Source: Promethearchaeota archaeon
GTDB taxonomy: Archaea; Asgardarchaeota; Thorarchaeia; Thorarchaeales; Thorarchaeaceae
Length of the DNA: 13,245 bases
NCBI GenBank assembly: GCA_048939765.1
Contig: JBHLPF010000061.1
Location: 1 to 13,245 of the forward strand
Direction: 5' to 3'
The position numbers and the translations under genes were made by a program. Below the pieces are notes generated by a model. That model was not told where the DNA came from. It ran no database searches and saw only the letters and a program-made list of their open reading frames with translations. Of the stretch, positions 1-8,100 are shown in pieces (the first letter of the stretch is position 1; every line of letters begins with the position of its first letter).

Positions 1-1658
1 GTATCCAACAACATCCCATCCATTACTTGGTAGTCAAACGTGTCTACCCCATACCAGTCCGGATTCGGCGTATAGGTAAATGAACCGTCCACATTGAAAT
101 CCAATGATCCATGCGACGGATATGTTACAATCTGAGAAGCTAGTACATCATCATCAGGATCAGTATCATTTACAAGAACACCTGATAAAGCGTCAATGAT
201 TAGCGGAACATTCTCATCGGTAATATAGAAGTCATCTTGAGCTCTTGGCGCATCGCCAACAGCACTGACTTCTATTGTAACAGTCACGATGCCGCTATAA
301 TCTGTCCCATCGAACGCCTGATAGGTGAAGTAGTCTGTGCCATACCAGTCTGCATCTGGGATATAATTCAGAGAACCGTCTGCATTGAGAACAACTGAGC
401 CATGGAGAGGTGCATCTACTATAACAGATACGAGAGAGTCCCCATCAATATCAGAGTCATTTTCCAAAATGCCAGGGGCGACTACGTCCAGCGGTGTGTC
501 CTCATCAATGGCATAACTATCATCGATTCCCACTGGGGCATCATTGACTGCATTGACCGTAATCGTGACAGTAGCGATGTTGCTAACAGTGAATCCATCG
601 GTCATACTGTAGGTGAAGGTGTCAACGCCATTGAAGTTTGGAAAGGGGATGTACTGGAAGGAACCGTCATCGTAGAAAGATAAACTGCCTGATGAAGGTC
701 CTGCCTCAAGATCAGCTGTTAGTCCATCACCAATGTCATTTATCAGAACGCCAGGAGCGGCTACATTGAGCAGGACATCCTCATCAGTTCCGAAGCTGTC
801 ATCCACAGCCTCAAGCGGCTCCTGAATGCCCCCATCCAGATAGCCAAGTCCAAGCTGTCCATTATGGAAATGCTGTAGAATGTCTTCGGCTGAGAGCAAC
901 GCATCATATACAGCAACTTCGTCTATGAAGCCATTGAAGAATGTTGGCGAATGACCTGTCATCGGATCTTGTCCATATCCTATTGTGAATCTCGAGTATG
1001 GTACGCCAGTGTATGGGTCATTGAAGCCACCTATTGGATCCTCAACATCATCAATATAGAATCTGAGCTCATGCATACCCTCGTCCATTAGCACCGCAAC
1101 ATAATGCCACATGCCTGGAGTCACTTGTATGTGAGATCGATATACATTGGCAGGACTTGAGGACCCATCGTATCGGTCGAAGTATAGGAATCCGTCCTCA
1201 ACTGCAAAATGGTACATCTTGTTCATTATATCATTCCCATTCTGCACAATTGTTCGAATACCTTGTGTGTCAGGGAGCAGCACCCATGCCTCTATAGTGA
1301 GTAGTGTCTGGATAGAGAGCGATGGATCACCTCCGCACTCCACATAAGCATGTGGTGCAAGGTCTACTCCAGTCCCAGCTATTCCTGGAACCCACATTCC
1401 GCCATCCCTGAGCGTCCCATGATTGAATCCAATGCTATCAGAAGCAAGCACCCCGCCGTCTTCATTAAACTCCCAGTATGAAACCATGCCGGAGGGAGGA
1501 GGTAATTGCGCAAGGGAATTTGCAGCTTCGGGTTGGGGCAGCTTGCTTTCTGGAAAACTAGTGACTGGCATGGTAGCCCCCAATGTTGCGACTGACAACA
1601 GAAGAATGAAGAACGCGAATGATAGACCGATCAGGTATACCTTATGCTTCCTAGGCAT
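1..1658 (-). CDS. Secreted/cell-surface adhesin-like protein: signal peptide, LamG/concanavalin-A-like domain, then at least 3 tandem ~95-100 aa cadherin-like (Big_9/tandem-95/VCBS-type) repeats; 3' end lies outside the window
   Basis: Manual translation from ATG at 1658 (purine-rich GGAGAGAG upstream) is open for 552 codons to the window edge. It reads MPRKHKVYLIGLSFAFFILLLSVATLGA (signal peptide); MVSYWEFNE...LTIEAWV...WHYVAV...FYID...FNGFIDEVAVYDALLSAEDI (LamG-like); then repeats such as AVDDSFGTDED...GVLIND...DGSFQYIP..NFNGVDTFTY, VNDAPVGIDDSYAIDED...NDSDIDGD...DGSLNYIPDADWYGTDYFTY and DAPRAQDDFYITDEN...NDTDPDDD...DGSFTYTPNPDWYGVDTFDY. It is absent from the ORF track because no stop codon falls in the window. 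Confidence 0.92.
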   Translation of the reverse strand, partial: MPRKHKVYLIGLSFAFFILLLSVATLGATMPVTSFPESKLPQPEAANSLAQLPPPSGMVSYWEFNEDGGVLASDSIGFNHGTLRDGGMWVPGIAGTGVDLAPHAYVECGGDPSLSIQTLLTIEAWVLLPDTQGIRTIVQNGNDIMNKMYHFAVEDGFLYFDRYDGSSSPANVYRSHIQVTPGMWHYVAVLMDEGMHELRFYIDDVEDPIGGFNDPYTGVPYSRFTIGYGQDPMTGHSPTFFNGFIDEVAVYDALLSAEDILQHFHNGQLGLGYLDGGIQEPLEAVDDSFGTDEDVLLNVAAPGVLINDIGDGLTADLEAGPSSGSLSFYDDGSFQYIPFPNFNGVDTFTYSMTDGFTVSNIATVTITVNAVNDAPVGIDDSYAIDEDTPLDVVAPGILENDSDIDGDSLVSVIVDAPLHGSVVLNADGSLNYIPDADWYGTDYFTYQAFDGTDYSGIVTVTIEVSAVGDAPRAQDDFYITDENVPLIIDALSGVLVNDTDPDDDVLASQIVTYPSHGSLDFNVDGSFTYTPNPDWYGVDTFDYQVMDGMLLD

Positions 1659-1925
1659 ATCTCTCTCTCTCCGATGATGCGACGAAAGCTATCAAGGTGT
1701 ACCGTTATCGTTTGAGTTGTTCAGAGCAAATGCGGTATCGACGTGTCAATTCTCCCTCGCAACGCTCTTCGCCGTATGTGAAAACTACTTATTAATCAGG
1801 GCCAATTTTCGGGATTTTAACAACATGGTCGGAAAATGACTCATATGTTCCATTTACCAACCGTGAGCCTTTAAAATGGAAACTTCGCAAAATCGGACAG
1901 GCACATTGATTAGGTCTCAACTGGA

Positions 1926-1970
1926 TTTAATAGGTGGATAGCATATTATGTGCGTAATATGCCGGGAGGT
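1926..1970 (+). promoter_or_regulatory. TATA-like box, palindromic operator-like site and RBS for the gene at 1977
   Basis: TTTAATA at 1926-1932; perfect 8-bp inverted repeat GCATATTA-N6-TAATATGC at 1941-1962; GGAGGT at 1965-1970, 6 nt before GTG. Confidence 0.6.
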
Positions 1971-1976
1971 CAGAGT

Positions 1977-2285
1977 GTGTCTCATCTTGGAGATGACGCC
2001 TCAGAGGTGAAGATGCTTCGAATCGGAAGAGCATACGGGAGGTTTTTCCTTCTTGAGGAGGAAGAGGAGAGAGACCTCGCACTCATCCGAATAGCCAGAG
2101 CATATGGGGAGTACTTCAATAGTCCTCAGGGAAGAGGGATCATCATGACTATGGCGGAGGGGGAAAAATTCACACTCAAGTTCGAGGAAGAGATACTCAT
2201 AGTCACGAAGGTTGATGGCAAAGCTGTTGTAGAGGCAATGAAGTTGGATGGGCGTGAGAGCCTGTTCAAATACAGCCCTACATGA
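1977..2285 (+). CDS. Small hypothetical protein (102 aa) with an internal 23-aa-period repeat
   Basis: GTG start with a well-spaced GGAGGT RBS, preferred over the track start at 1950. Repeat units are MLRIGRAYGRFF and LIRIARAYGEYF; the C-terminal half has beta-rich character. Confidence 0.75.
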   Translation: MSHLGDDASEVKMLRIGRAYGRFFLLEEEEERDLALIRIARAYGEYFNSPQGRGIIMTMAEGEKFTLKFEEEILIVTKVDGKAVVEAMKLDGRESLFKYSPT

Positions 2286-2295
2286 TTTTGTCGGT

Positions 2296-2451
2296 TTAGC
2301 CAGTATCTATCTTGGTCAGAACAGATGTGGCAATCTTAACCGCATCAACAAGAACTGATTCATCTATGTTGTCTGGCATTTCATCAAGCGTGTGCCAGTT
2401 CTCAAGGAACCCTGCTTGTGATATACCCTGTTGCACGAAGGCCTGCTTTGA
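2296..2451 (-). pseudogene. C-terminal remnant of an M28/M20-type Zn-exopeptidase gene
   Basis: AFVQQGIS...NWHTLDEMPDNIDESVLVDAVKIATSVL resembles the M28 C-terminal pattern (xxFxxxGI...[YW]HTxxDxxxNID..L). The upstream DNA is AT-rich non-coding sequence with no room for the catalytic domain. Confidence 0.55.
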
Positions 2452-2472
2452 TTCGATTGGATGATTTATCAG

Positions 2473-2580
2473 ATTGAAATAAAAAGCACATAGTCGCCCT
2501 AATTTCAATTTAAAGCACTATAAGAGCTTTAAATTTGACGAGTTAAGTTTATATCCAATTAAAACGGAAAATAAGGGCGA
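2473..2580. repeat. AT-rich block with nested inverted repeats
   Basis: AATTTAAAGC-N9-GCTTTAAATT (2507-2535, perfect 10 bp); TCGCCCTAATTT (2494-2505) versus AAATAAGGGCGA (2569-2580, 11/12 complementary); ATTGAAAT (2473-2480) versus ATTTCAAT (2502-2509). Confidence 0.7.
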
Positions 2581-2684
2581 GGTTCTTTTTGTACAGACTG
2601 CTCACGAAACCGGACTCTATTAAGAGAAGGTCAAATGGCTGTCCGAGGCATGAGCGACCTACATGGTCATACGAGGTGAAAGAG

Positions 2685-2738
2685 ATGGCCAAAGACAAGA
2701 ACCAGAAACCAAAAGCAAAACCGAAGCCAAAGAAGTAG
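2685..2738 (+). CDS. Putative 17-aa Lys/Pro-rich micropeptide MAKDKNQKPKAKPKPKK
   Basis: Strong archaeal RBS GAGGTGA at 2673-2679, 5 nt before ATG; TATA-like TATTAA at 2618-2623; TAG at 2736-2738; downstream hairpin. It is below the ORF-track length cutoff. Confidence 0.55.
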   Translation: MAKDKNQKPKAKPKPKK

Positions 2739-2782
2739 CGGCCCGAGAACTGCTAATCCTCTTTGACCTAACAACGCACCCC

Positions 2783-2808
2783 CAGGAGGATTTGTTGAAA
2801 TCCTCCTG
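2783..2808. terminator. Perfect hairpin between convergent ORFs (candidate bidirectional terminator or 3' stabilising stem)
   Basis: CAGGAGGATTT-GTTG-AAATCCTCCTG, an 11-bp stem with a 4-nt loop, 2 nt after the stop codon of 2811..3371(-). There is no adjacent U-tract, so the function is inferred. Confidence 0.55.
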
Positions 2809-2810
2809 AA

Positions 2811-3371
2811 CTATTTCTCGTATTCGTCCTTCCTGAAGTTGTGCTGAGCAAATGCGCGAAAGTGAGATCCATCAACAACATAGTAGGTACGGCTCGCATA
2901 TCCGCCATAGCTTGTCAGACTGCGTTCGAATATGGTTCCATCCTCAAACCTGTGAGCATGGGCAGAGTCTCGAGTGAACTTTCGGTCAAGCCCCCATCGG
3001 TCATGGAATCCAACGACTCTGGCAATCCTGACATCCATAACATCATTGCTGTCACGTTTCTTTGACAGAGTATCGACAAGAGTTTCGTCAGTGACAAGGA
3101 AGCCACCTCTCTTCAGGAGATAGTTGGTCACCTCTTGCAATAGCTTGCTTTGCGAATCCGCACTGGCTATCTTTTCTTCATCTACATCTAGTAGGCGACT
3201 CCCTATTACTTTGACTCCAGGAGATAGTGAACTTTCCCCTCGCCGCCTTGCAATAATGCCACTCTCCCTTACTCTCTTTGCTCTTTGTCTGGCTTGTTCC
3301 TTCTTTCGCTCCAAGCCTTTCAGCCGCTCTTTCTTCTTTGTGTCTGGCAGTTCTTTGCTCCTCCGAGACAT
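2811..3371 (-). CDS. Hypothetical protein (186 aa) with a highly basic N-terminal helix and a beta-rich C-terminal domain
   Basis: Open frame 12 nt downstream of yjbQ on the same strand, ending at the hairpin; K/R-rich first ~45 aa. Confidence 0.8.
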   Translation of the reverse strand: MSRRSKELPDTKKKERLKGLERKKEQARQRAKRVRESGIIARRRGESSLSPGVKVIGSRLLDVDEEKIASADSQSKLLQEVTNYLLKRGGFLVTDETLVDTLSKKRDSNDVMDVRIARVVGFHDRWGLDRKFTRDSAHAHRFEDGTIFERSLTSYGGYASRTYYVVDGSHFRAFAQHNFRKDEYEK

Positions 3372-3383
3372 GTCTGTGAAATT

Positions 3384-3803
3384 TCATTCACCTATGATCT
3401 TGACCAGAACACGTTTATTCCTTCGGCCATCAAACTCTCCGTAGAAGATGGCTTCCCAAGGTCCAAGATCGAGCTTCCCGTTCGTGACTGCAACTACTAC
3501 CTCCCGGCCCATAATCTGACGTTTGTGATGGGCGTCCCCATTGTCCTCGCCTGTACGGTTGTGCTTATACCGGCTGATTGGATCATGAGGTGCTAGCTCT
3601 TCTAGCCAACGCTTATAGTCATCATGCAGTCCACTCTCATTGTCATTGATGAAGACGCTGGCTGTGATGTGCATGGCATTGACGAGGCAAAGTCCCTCTT
3701 TGACTCCGCTCACTGAAACTTCCTCTTGTACCTGGTGCGTAATATGAACAAAGTCCATTCTTGCTGGCACATTGAAGGTAAGGTATTTCGTATGGCTTTT
3801 CAT
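3384..3803 (-). CDS. yjbQ: YjbQ/UPF0047 family protein (secondary thiamine-phosphate synthase activity family)
   Basis: Motifs [22 protein letters not shown] and [18 protein letters not shown]. Start at ATG 3803 (MKSHTKYL) gives 139 aa, typical for the family; the track start at 3845 is probably too long. Confidence 0.95.
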   Translation of the reverse strand: MKSHTKYLTFNVPARMDFVHITHQVQEEVSVSGVKEGLCLVNAMHITASVFINDNESGLHDDYKRWLEELAPHDPISRYKHNRTGEDNGDAHHKRQIMGREVVVAVTNGKLDLGPWEAIFYGEFDGRRNKRVLVKIIGE

Positions 3804-3893
3804 GATATTCGCTTTTCCAAAGGACTCGGGTAAAAACATTGCCAAGTAGAGATAGATGGCTAAGCTCCGTCCTGCTCAACACATAGAACCATA

Positions 3894-4664
3894 TCATTCA
3901 ATCCAGTCCCTTATCGCAACCTTCACGGAACGACGCATTTCAGCTGCAAAGTCAGATCCCGTCTTTCTCAAGTAGATTCCCTGTCCCAAGTTCTTTGCGT
4001 TCTTGTAGAAAGTCGTTGGATGACCGAAATGGTCCAGAAGTGCACTTTCGAACTCTGATCCATCTACTCGTCTGTAGGTATCTTTGAAGTAGACGAAGCG
4101 TTCAGGATATCGCCTTGTCTTCTCTCGCTTGGTTCTGCCTTCAAGCGGATACCCAAGACAGAGAAGCGCAATCGGAAAGACCCAATTTGGCAGGTCAAAC
4201 ATCTCTCTATGAATCTCTATGTTCTCCATGATGTCACCGATATAGCATGAGCCAATCCCCAAAGACTCAGCCGCAATCACGGCATTCTGAGCAGCTATCA
4301 AAGCGTCACAGCAAGCTAACAGAAGGTCAGACTCTTGAGGTGTCATGTAGTCCACTTCATTCTCCATACAGTATTCCGGCACAGAGGAATAGGTGAAGAA
4401 ATCATACCACCTCTGCATGTCAGCGAGGAATAGAAGAACCAGAGGCGCCGTCGCAATGAAGGGTTGATTGTCACAGGTCTTGACGAGCTGTTCTTTCTTC
4501 TTCTGGTCAGCTACCTCTATGATAGAGTAGTGCATCATGTTTCCTGCAGTTGGAGCGCGGAAGGTACTATGGATGATACGCTCCTTGTGTTCCTGAGAGA
4601 TAGGTCGTTGGTCATAGCCCCGGAGAGACCTCCGATCATCAAGCACCTTAAGAGTTTCATTCAT
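3894..4664 (-). CDS. Nitroreductase / flavin reductase, NfsA-Frp-like subfamily
   Basis: RRSLRGY, APTAGN, NQPFIATAPLVLLFLAD, DALIAAQNAVIAAESLGIGSCYIG and LCLGYP. ATG 4664 (MNETL) follows a GGAGAG RBS. Confidence 0.93.
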   Translation of the reverse strand: MNETLKVLDDRRSLRGYDQRPISQEHKERIIHSTFRAPTAGNMMHYSIIEVADQKKKEQLVKTCDNQPFIATAPLVLLFLADMQRWYDFFTYSSVPEYCMENEVDYMTPQESDLLLACCDALIAAQNAVIAAESLGIGSCYIGDIMENIEIHREMFDLPNWVFPIALLCLGYPLEGRTKREKTRRYPERFVYFKDTYRRVDGSEFESALLDHFGHPTTFYKNAKNLGQGIYLRKTGSDFAAEMRRSVKVAIRDWIE

Positions 4665-4805
4665 TGTTGCACTCTCTCCTGAAATTGAGAGATTGAGTAT
4701 CAAGAAAAGAGTCTTTGCATCAAGATAGGAAGACTACGAACTCTTTAATCCAAAACATGCCTCCGAGCTAGCATCTTTTCCTTAGAAGAAGAGGATTGAC
4801 GAAAC

Positions 4806-5123
4806 ATGGCCAAAGTAAGTCCCTTTGTGAAGCTTCTGAGAGGCGAGTATGAGCTCACTGTTATTCTCCTGCTTGCACAACTAAGAGGCAGGTCGAGAGC
4901 TGATGAGATCATCAAAGCGGGATTGAAGACCAAGACATTACCTGCCCTCAATGGCGCAAGAGTTGCCGCGGCGAGAAAGTTCCTGTTGAAGAATGAACTC
5001 ATCACAATTGAGAAAGAAGGCAAAGAGATAATTCACATTCTCACCAAGAAAGGAGCAAAGCTAGGCAGGCTCCTCAATTCAATTGCTGACTTCATTGTAA
5101 AGGACCTGAAGTGGAAACGCTAG
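4806..5123 (+). CDS. Winged helix-turn-helix protein (HxlR/MarR/PadR-like transcriptional regulator)
   Basis: 105 aa and basic, with the wHTH wing signature L.K.ELI...KEGKEIIHILTKKG..L. GAGG RBS upstream; divergent from the nitroreductase. Confidence 0.75.
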   Translation: MAKVSPFVKLLRGEYELTVILLLAQLRGRSRADEIIKAGLKTKTLPALNGARVAAARKFLLKNELITIEKEGKEIIHILTKKGAKLGRLLNSIADFIVKDLKWKR

Positions 5124-5127
5124 AAGG

Positions 5128-8100
5128 TCACCACTGGTATTTCTTAGAAGACCGCTGTCGGAGGTAATTCGCCGTCACCATTACAATAATGATTACGAAT
5201 CCCCCTGAGAACACTAGAAGAACTAGGCTCAGAATGTCAGTGTCAAATGGATTGGGAGGCACAGTTGTGGTTGGAGTGGTTGTTGGCGGAGTAGATGTTG
5301 TGGTCGGTGGTGGAGCTAGGAGGATTACCTCAATGGACTCCACATTGCTCCATTGACTAGATACATTATGATAGTCGAATGCTCTTACTCTGATAAAGTA
5401 GACTCCAGAACTCAACCCTGTAATGTTGAAATTCGTTGTAGTTTCATTCCATTCGGCTAGGACTATTGAGAAGTCATCGAACCTGCTGATCTGGAGATGA
5501 TAGTGATCTATCTCGCCCTCTAAGTCACTGCTCGGTGTCCAAGTGACATATACATGCGAAACGTAGCTTACAGAACCAGGATTGGCAAGGGTGGGATCTG
5601 AAGGAGGCTGATTGGTGATCTCGAACATCTGAATTGTTGTGTTCGCCATGTTGTATGCTGTTGTATTGTCAAAGGTTTCGATATAGTACTCTACAACATC
5701 ATCGACGAAGAAAGCACCCAGATCGCAACTATACATATCCCCGGTCACGATTGTCATGCTCTCATTCAGCCATAACCCAGCATTGACTCTGTAGAAGCAA
5801 GTCACATTTTTGATGTTGCTTGGGTCAGTTATATTTGCGTTCACAGTCAATGCTTCACCATGTAGTGGATTGACTGGTGAGTGCATGAAACCCGATATTG
5901 AGGGCCCACTCATGTCGACAAAGATGGATTCGTTGTTACTCCATGGACTGCCAGCTCCTCGGTCATCGACTGTCATCACTCTGAAGTAGTAGGTTCCATC
6001 TGACAGACCGGTGACTAAATGGTCCGTCGTGAAGGCAGACCACTGATCTAGTATCACACTAAAATCAATGGAGGAACTCATCTGAAGCTCATAGTGGTCT
6101 ATCCCACCCTCAAGGTCGTATCCTTCAGTCCAGTTCACTAGCAGGTTTGACACCGTTATTGTTGTTCCTGGATCATAGAGAACAGGTTCCGCGGGAGGTT
6201 GATTCAATATCTCAAATGAATAGGTGCTCGTGGTTGTGGGATTGTAGCTTGTGGAGTTGTCGAAGGCTTTGATGTAGTATTGAACAACGTCATCAACGAA
6301 ATACGTACCAAGACTACAGTTGTATGTGTCACCAAGCTGATTTGTCATATTCACGTTCTGCCAGGGCCCAGCGTTGACACTATAGTAACAGGTGACATTC
6401 TTGACACCATCTTGGTCTGTCACATCCACACTCAACGTCACCGAGTCTCCGTGCTTAGGTTCTGAAGGTGAAAGGACTGGTGTTGATGCAATTGGACCCT
6501 GTATGATGACTACATTGATCCATTGTTGGAAGCACCAGAAACCTACAGTTCCCTTATTATCCACTGCACGGACTCTGAAGTAATAGGTGTCATTCTCAAA
6601 CATAGTCATTAGGTAGTCATCTGTGTACGCGGTTATCATAGCGTAGGTATCAAGGAACTGACTGCTAGTACTAACGTGAATCTCGTAGTGGTCAATATAG
6701 CCATCAGCATCAACAGATGCAGACCAGTTGAGGAGGAAGACGCCATCATTATCGGTTGTTCCGGGGTCGTATAGTGATGGTGTATCTGGGAAGTAATTGA
6801 ATCCATTCAGGTAAACGACTTCAGAAACTGACTCCATCATGTCCGTTGAAATGTCGAATGCTCGAACGTAGTAGTCCTTCTCTTCACTAGCGTTGAAGTT
6901 CCCAATAGCCGCTGAGTATCGGTCACCGCCCTCGGGAGTCATTGACACATTCTGCCAGATGCCAAGATTATCACGATAATGGCAGGTGATGTTGGCCAGT
7001 CCATCGGTATCAGTCGCATTGACATAGACAGTTACGGGGTCTCCATGGGTGGGACTTGAAGGGGTATGAGTCAAGTCAGATAGAAGAGGAGCGTCATTTG
7101 TAGCTCCAATTCCTGCCAACCAGCAAATTGTGTTCAGCAGGAGGACATCGTTGTCGCTGTCGAAGTAGTTAGTCTCTCCATCAATGTCATTATCAGCATA
7201 ACTAGGAACGAGGCTCCGAGTTACATAGTCCATGAAGCCGCCATCAAGGACCACTGACACCCTCCCAGCACCATATTCTGAAACTGCCATCAGTGTGATG
7301 TTATCTGCTCCAAGCCAGTTATCAAACCAGCCACCCTCTCCCCAGCAGGCAGTCCGATCTGTGTCTGTCACTATGATGCGCTCTACATTTGCAGGAAGTG
7401 TTTTGAACCCATCACTGGCATAGAACTCTACTCGTGATACGTTGCGTGTTATTGAATGAGAGAGAATATTGTCACCCGTATATGCAATCTCGCTCTCGAC
7501 CCAGTAGCGCATAATATCATCTGTGTCCAATAGAGTGTCACGATGCCAGTCATAGCCAAAATTGTTCGCTAGGGCTCGTAGGTAATCCCCGTCGGTGGAA
7601 GAGTCAGACTGGATGAATATCGACCCCCCGTCTGCAACGTAGGCATCGAGTATGGCTATCTCTGCAGGTTCATATTCGTAAACGTACTGCTGCGGAGGGG
7701 GGCAGATGACCACATCACTAGCATTGAGGAGGGCTGCATCCATTGTATCCATCCGCGAAACTGCGAATCCCGCATCCACCAGATCCTCTACAAATGCGAT
7801 TGCAGGGTGTTCCTCATCATAGTAGTCATCCGGACGTTCGTTTGTCCAAGTGTATGCCGTATTTTGTGATGCATCGAAAACAACATGATTCGGTAAACGG
7901 ATAGCATTTCCCACTATCTGCTCGTAGTATGGACCAGGATCTGATAGGTCGAAGCCGAGGAAGACAACATGTCCCCGACCCATTGTCTTGTGGACACATA
8001 CTGGACTGTCTGTATCATAGTCGGCAAATGCATTGACACCATCTGTCGTAGCAACTGCAAATGTATGATTTCGGGGAACCCATCGATACTTGACTTGTCT

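Noticed and set aside
402-1677. Plus-strand ORFs 402..683, 1147..1347 and 1423..1677
   Set aside because: Antisense shadows of the long minus-strand adhesin gene, with no recognisable motifs.
1671-1690. CCGATGA...GAAA resembling a hammerhead ribozyme core
   Set aside because: The core should be CUGANGA, and convincing stems I-III are absent.
1847-1883. GTTCCATTT...AAATGGAAAC, similar to an archaeal ORB element
   Set aside because: The spacing is wrong, there is no G-string and no orc1/cdc6 gene in the window; at most a weak inverted repeat.
2635-2767. ORF MAVRGMSDLHGHTR-TGA-KRWPK... as a selenoprotein candidate
   Set aside because: No redox-motif context or recognisable SECIS; the TGA is better explained as part of the GAGGTGA RBS.
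2575-2783. Minus-strand GGGGGTG start suggesting tmRNA or tRNA
   Set aside because: No T-arm (GTTCRA), acceptor-stem complement or CCA end was found.
3735-3746. GTGCGTAATATG inside yjbQ, matching the promoter motif at 1950-1961
   Set aside because: It lies within coding sequence (HITH) with no palindromic partner; probably chance.
5128-5145. C-terminal KKYQW as a COPI dilysine signal
   Set aside because: The lysines are at -5/-4, not KKxx or KxKxx; the positive-inside rule explains them.
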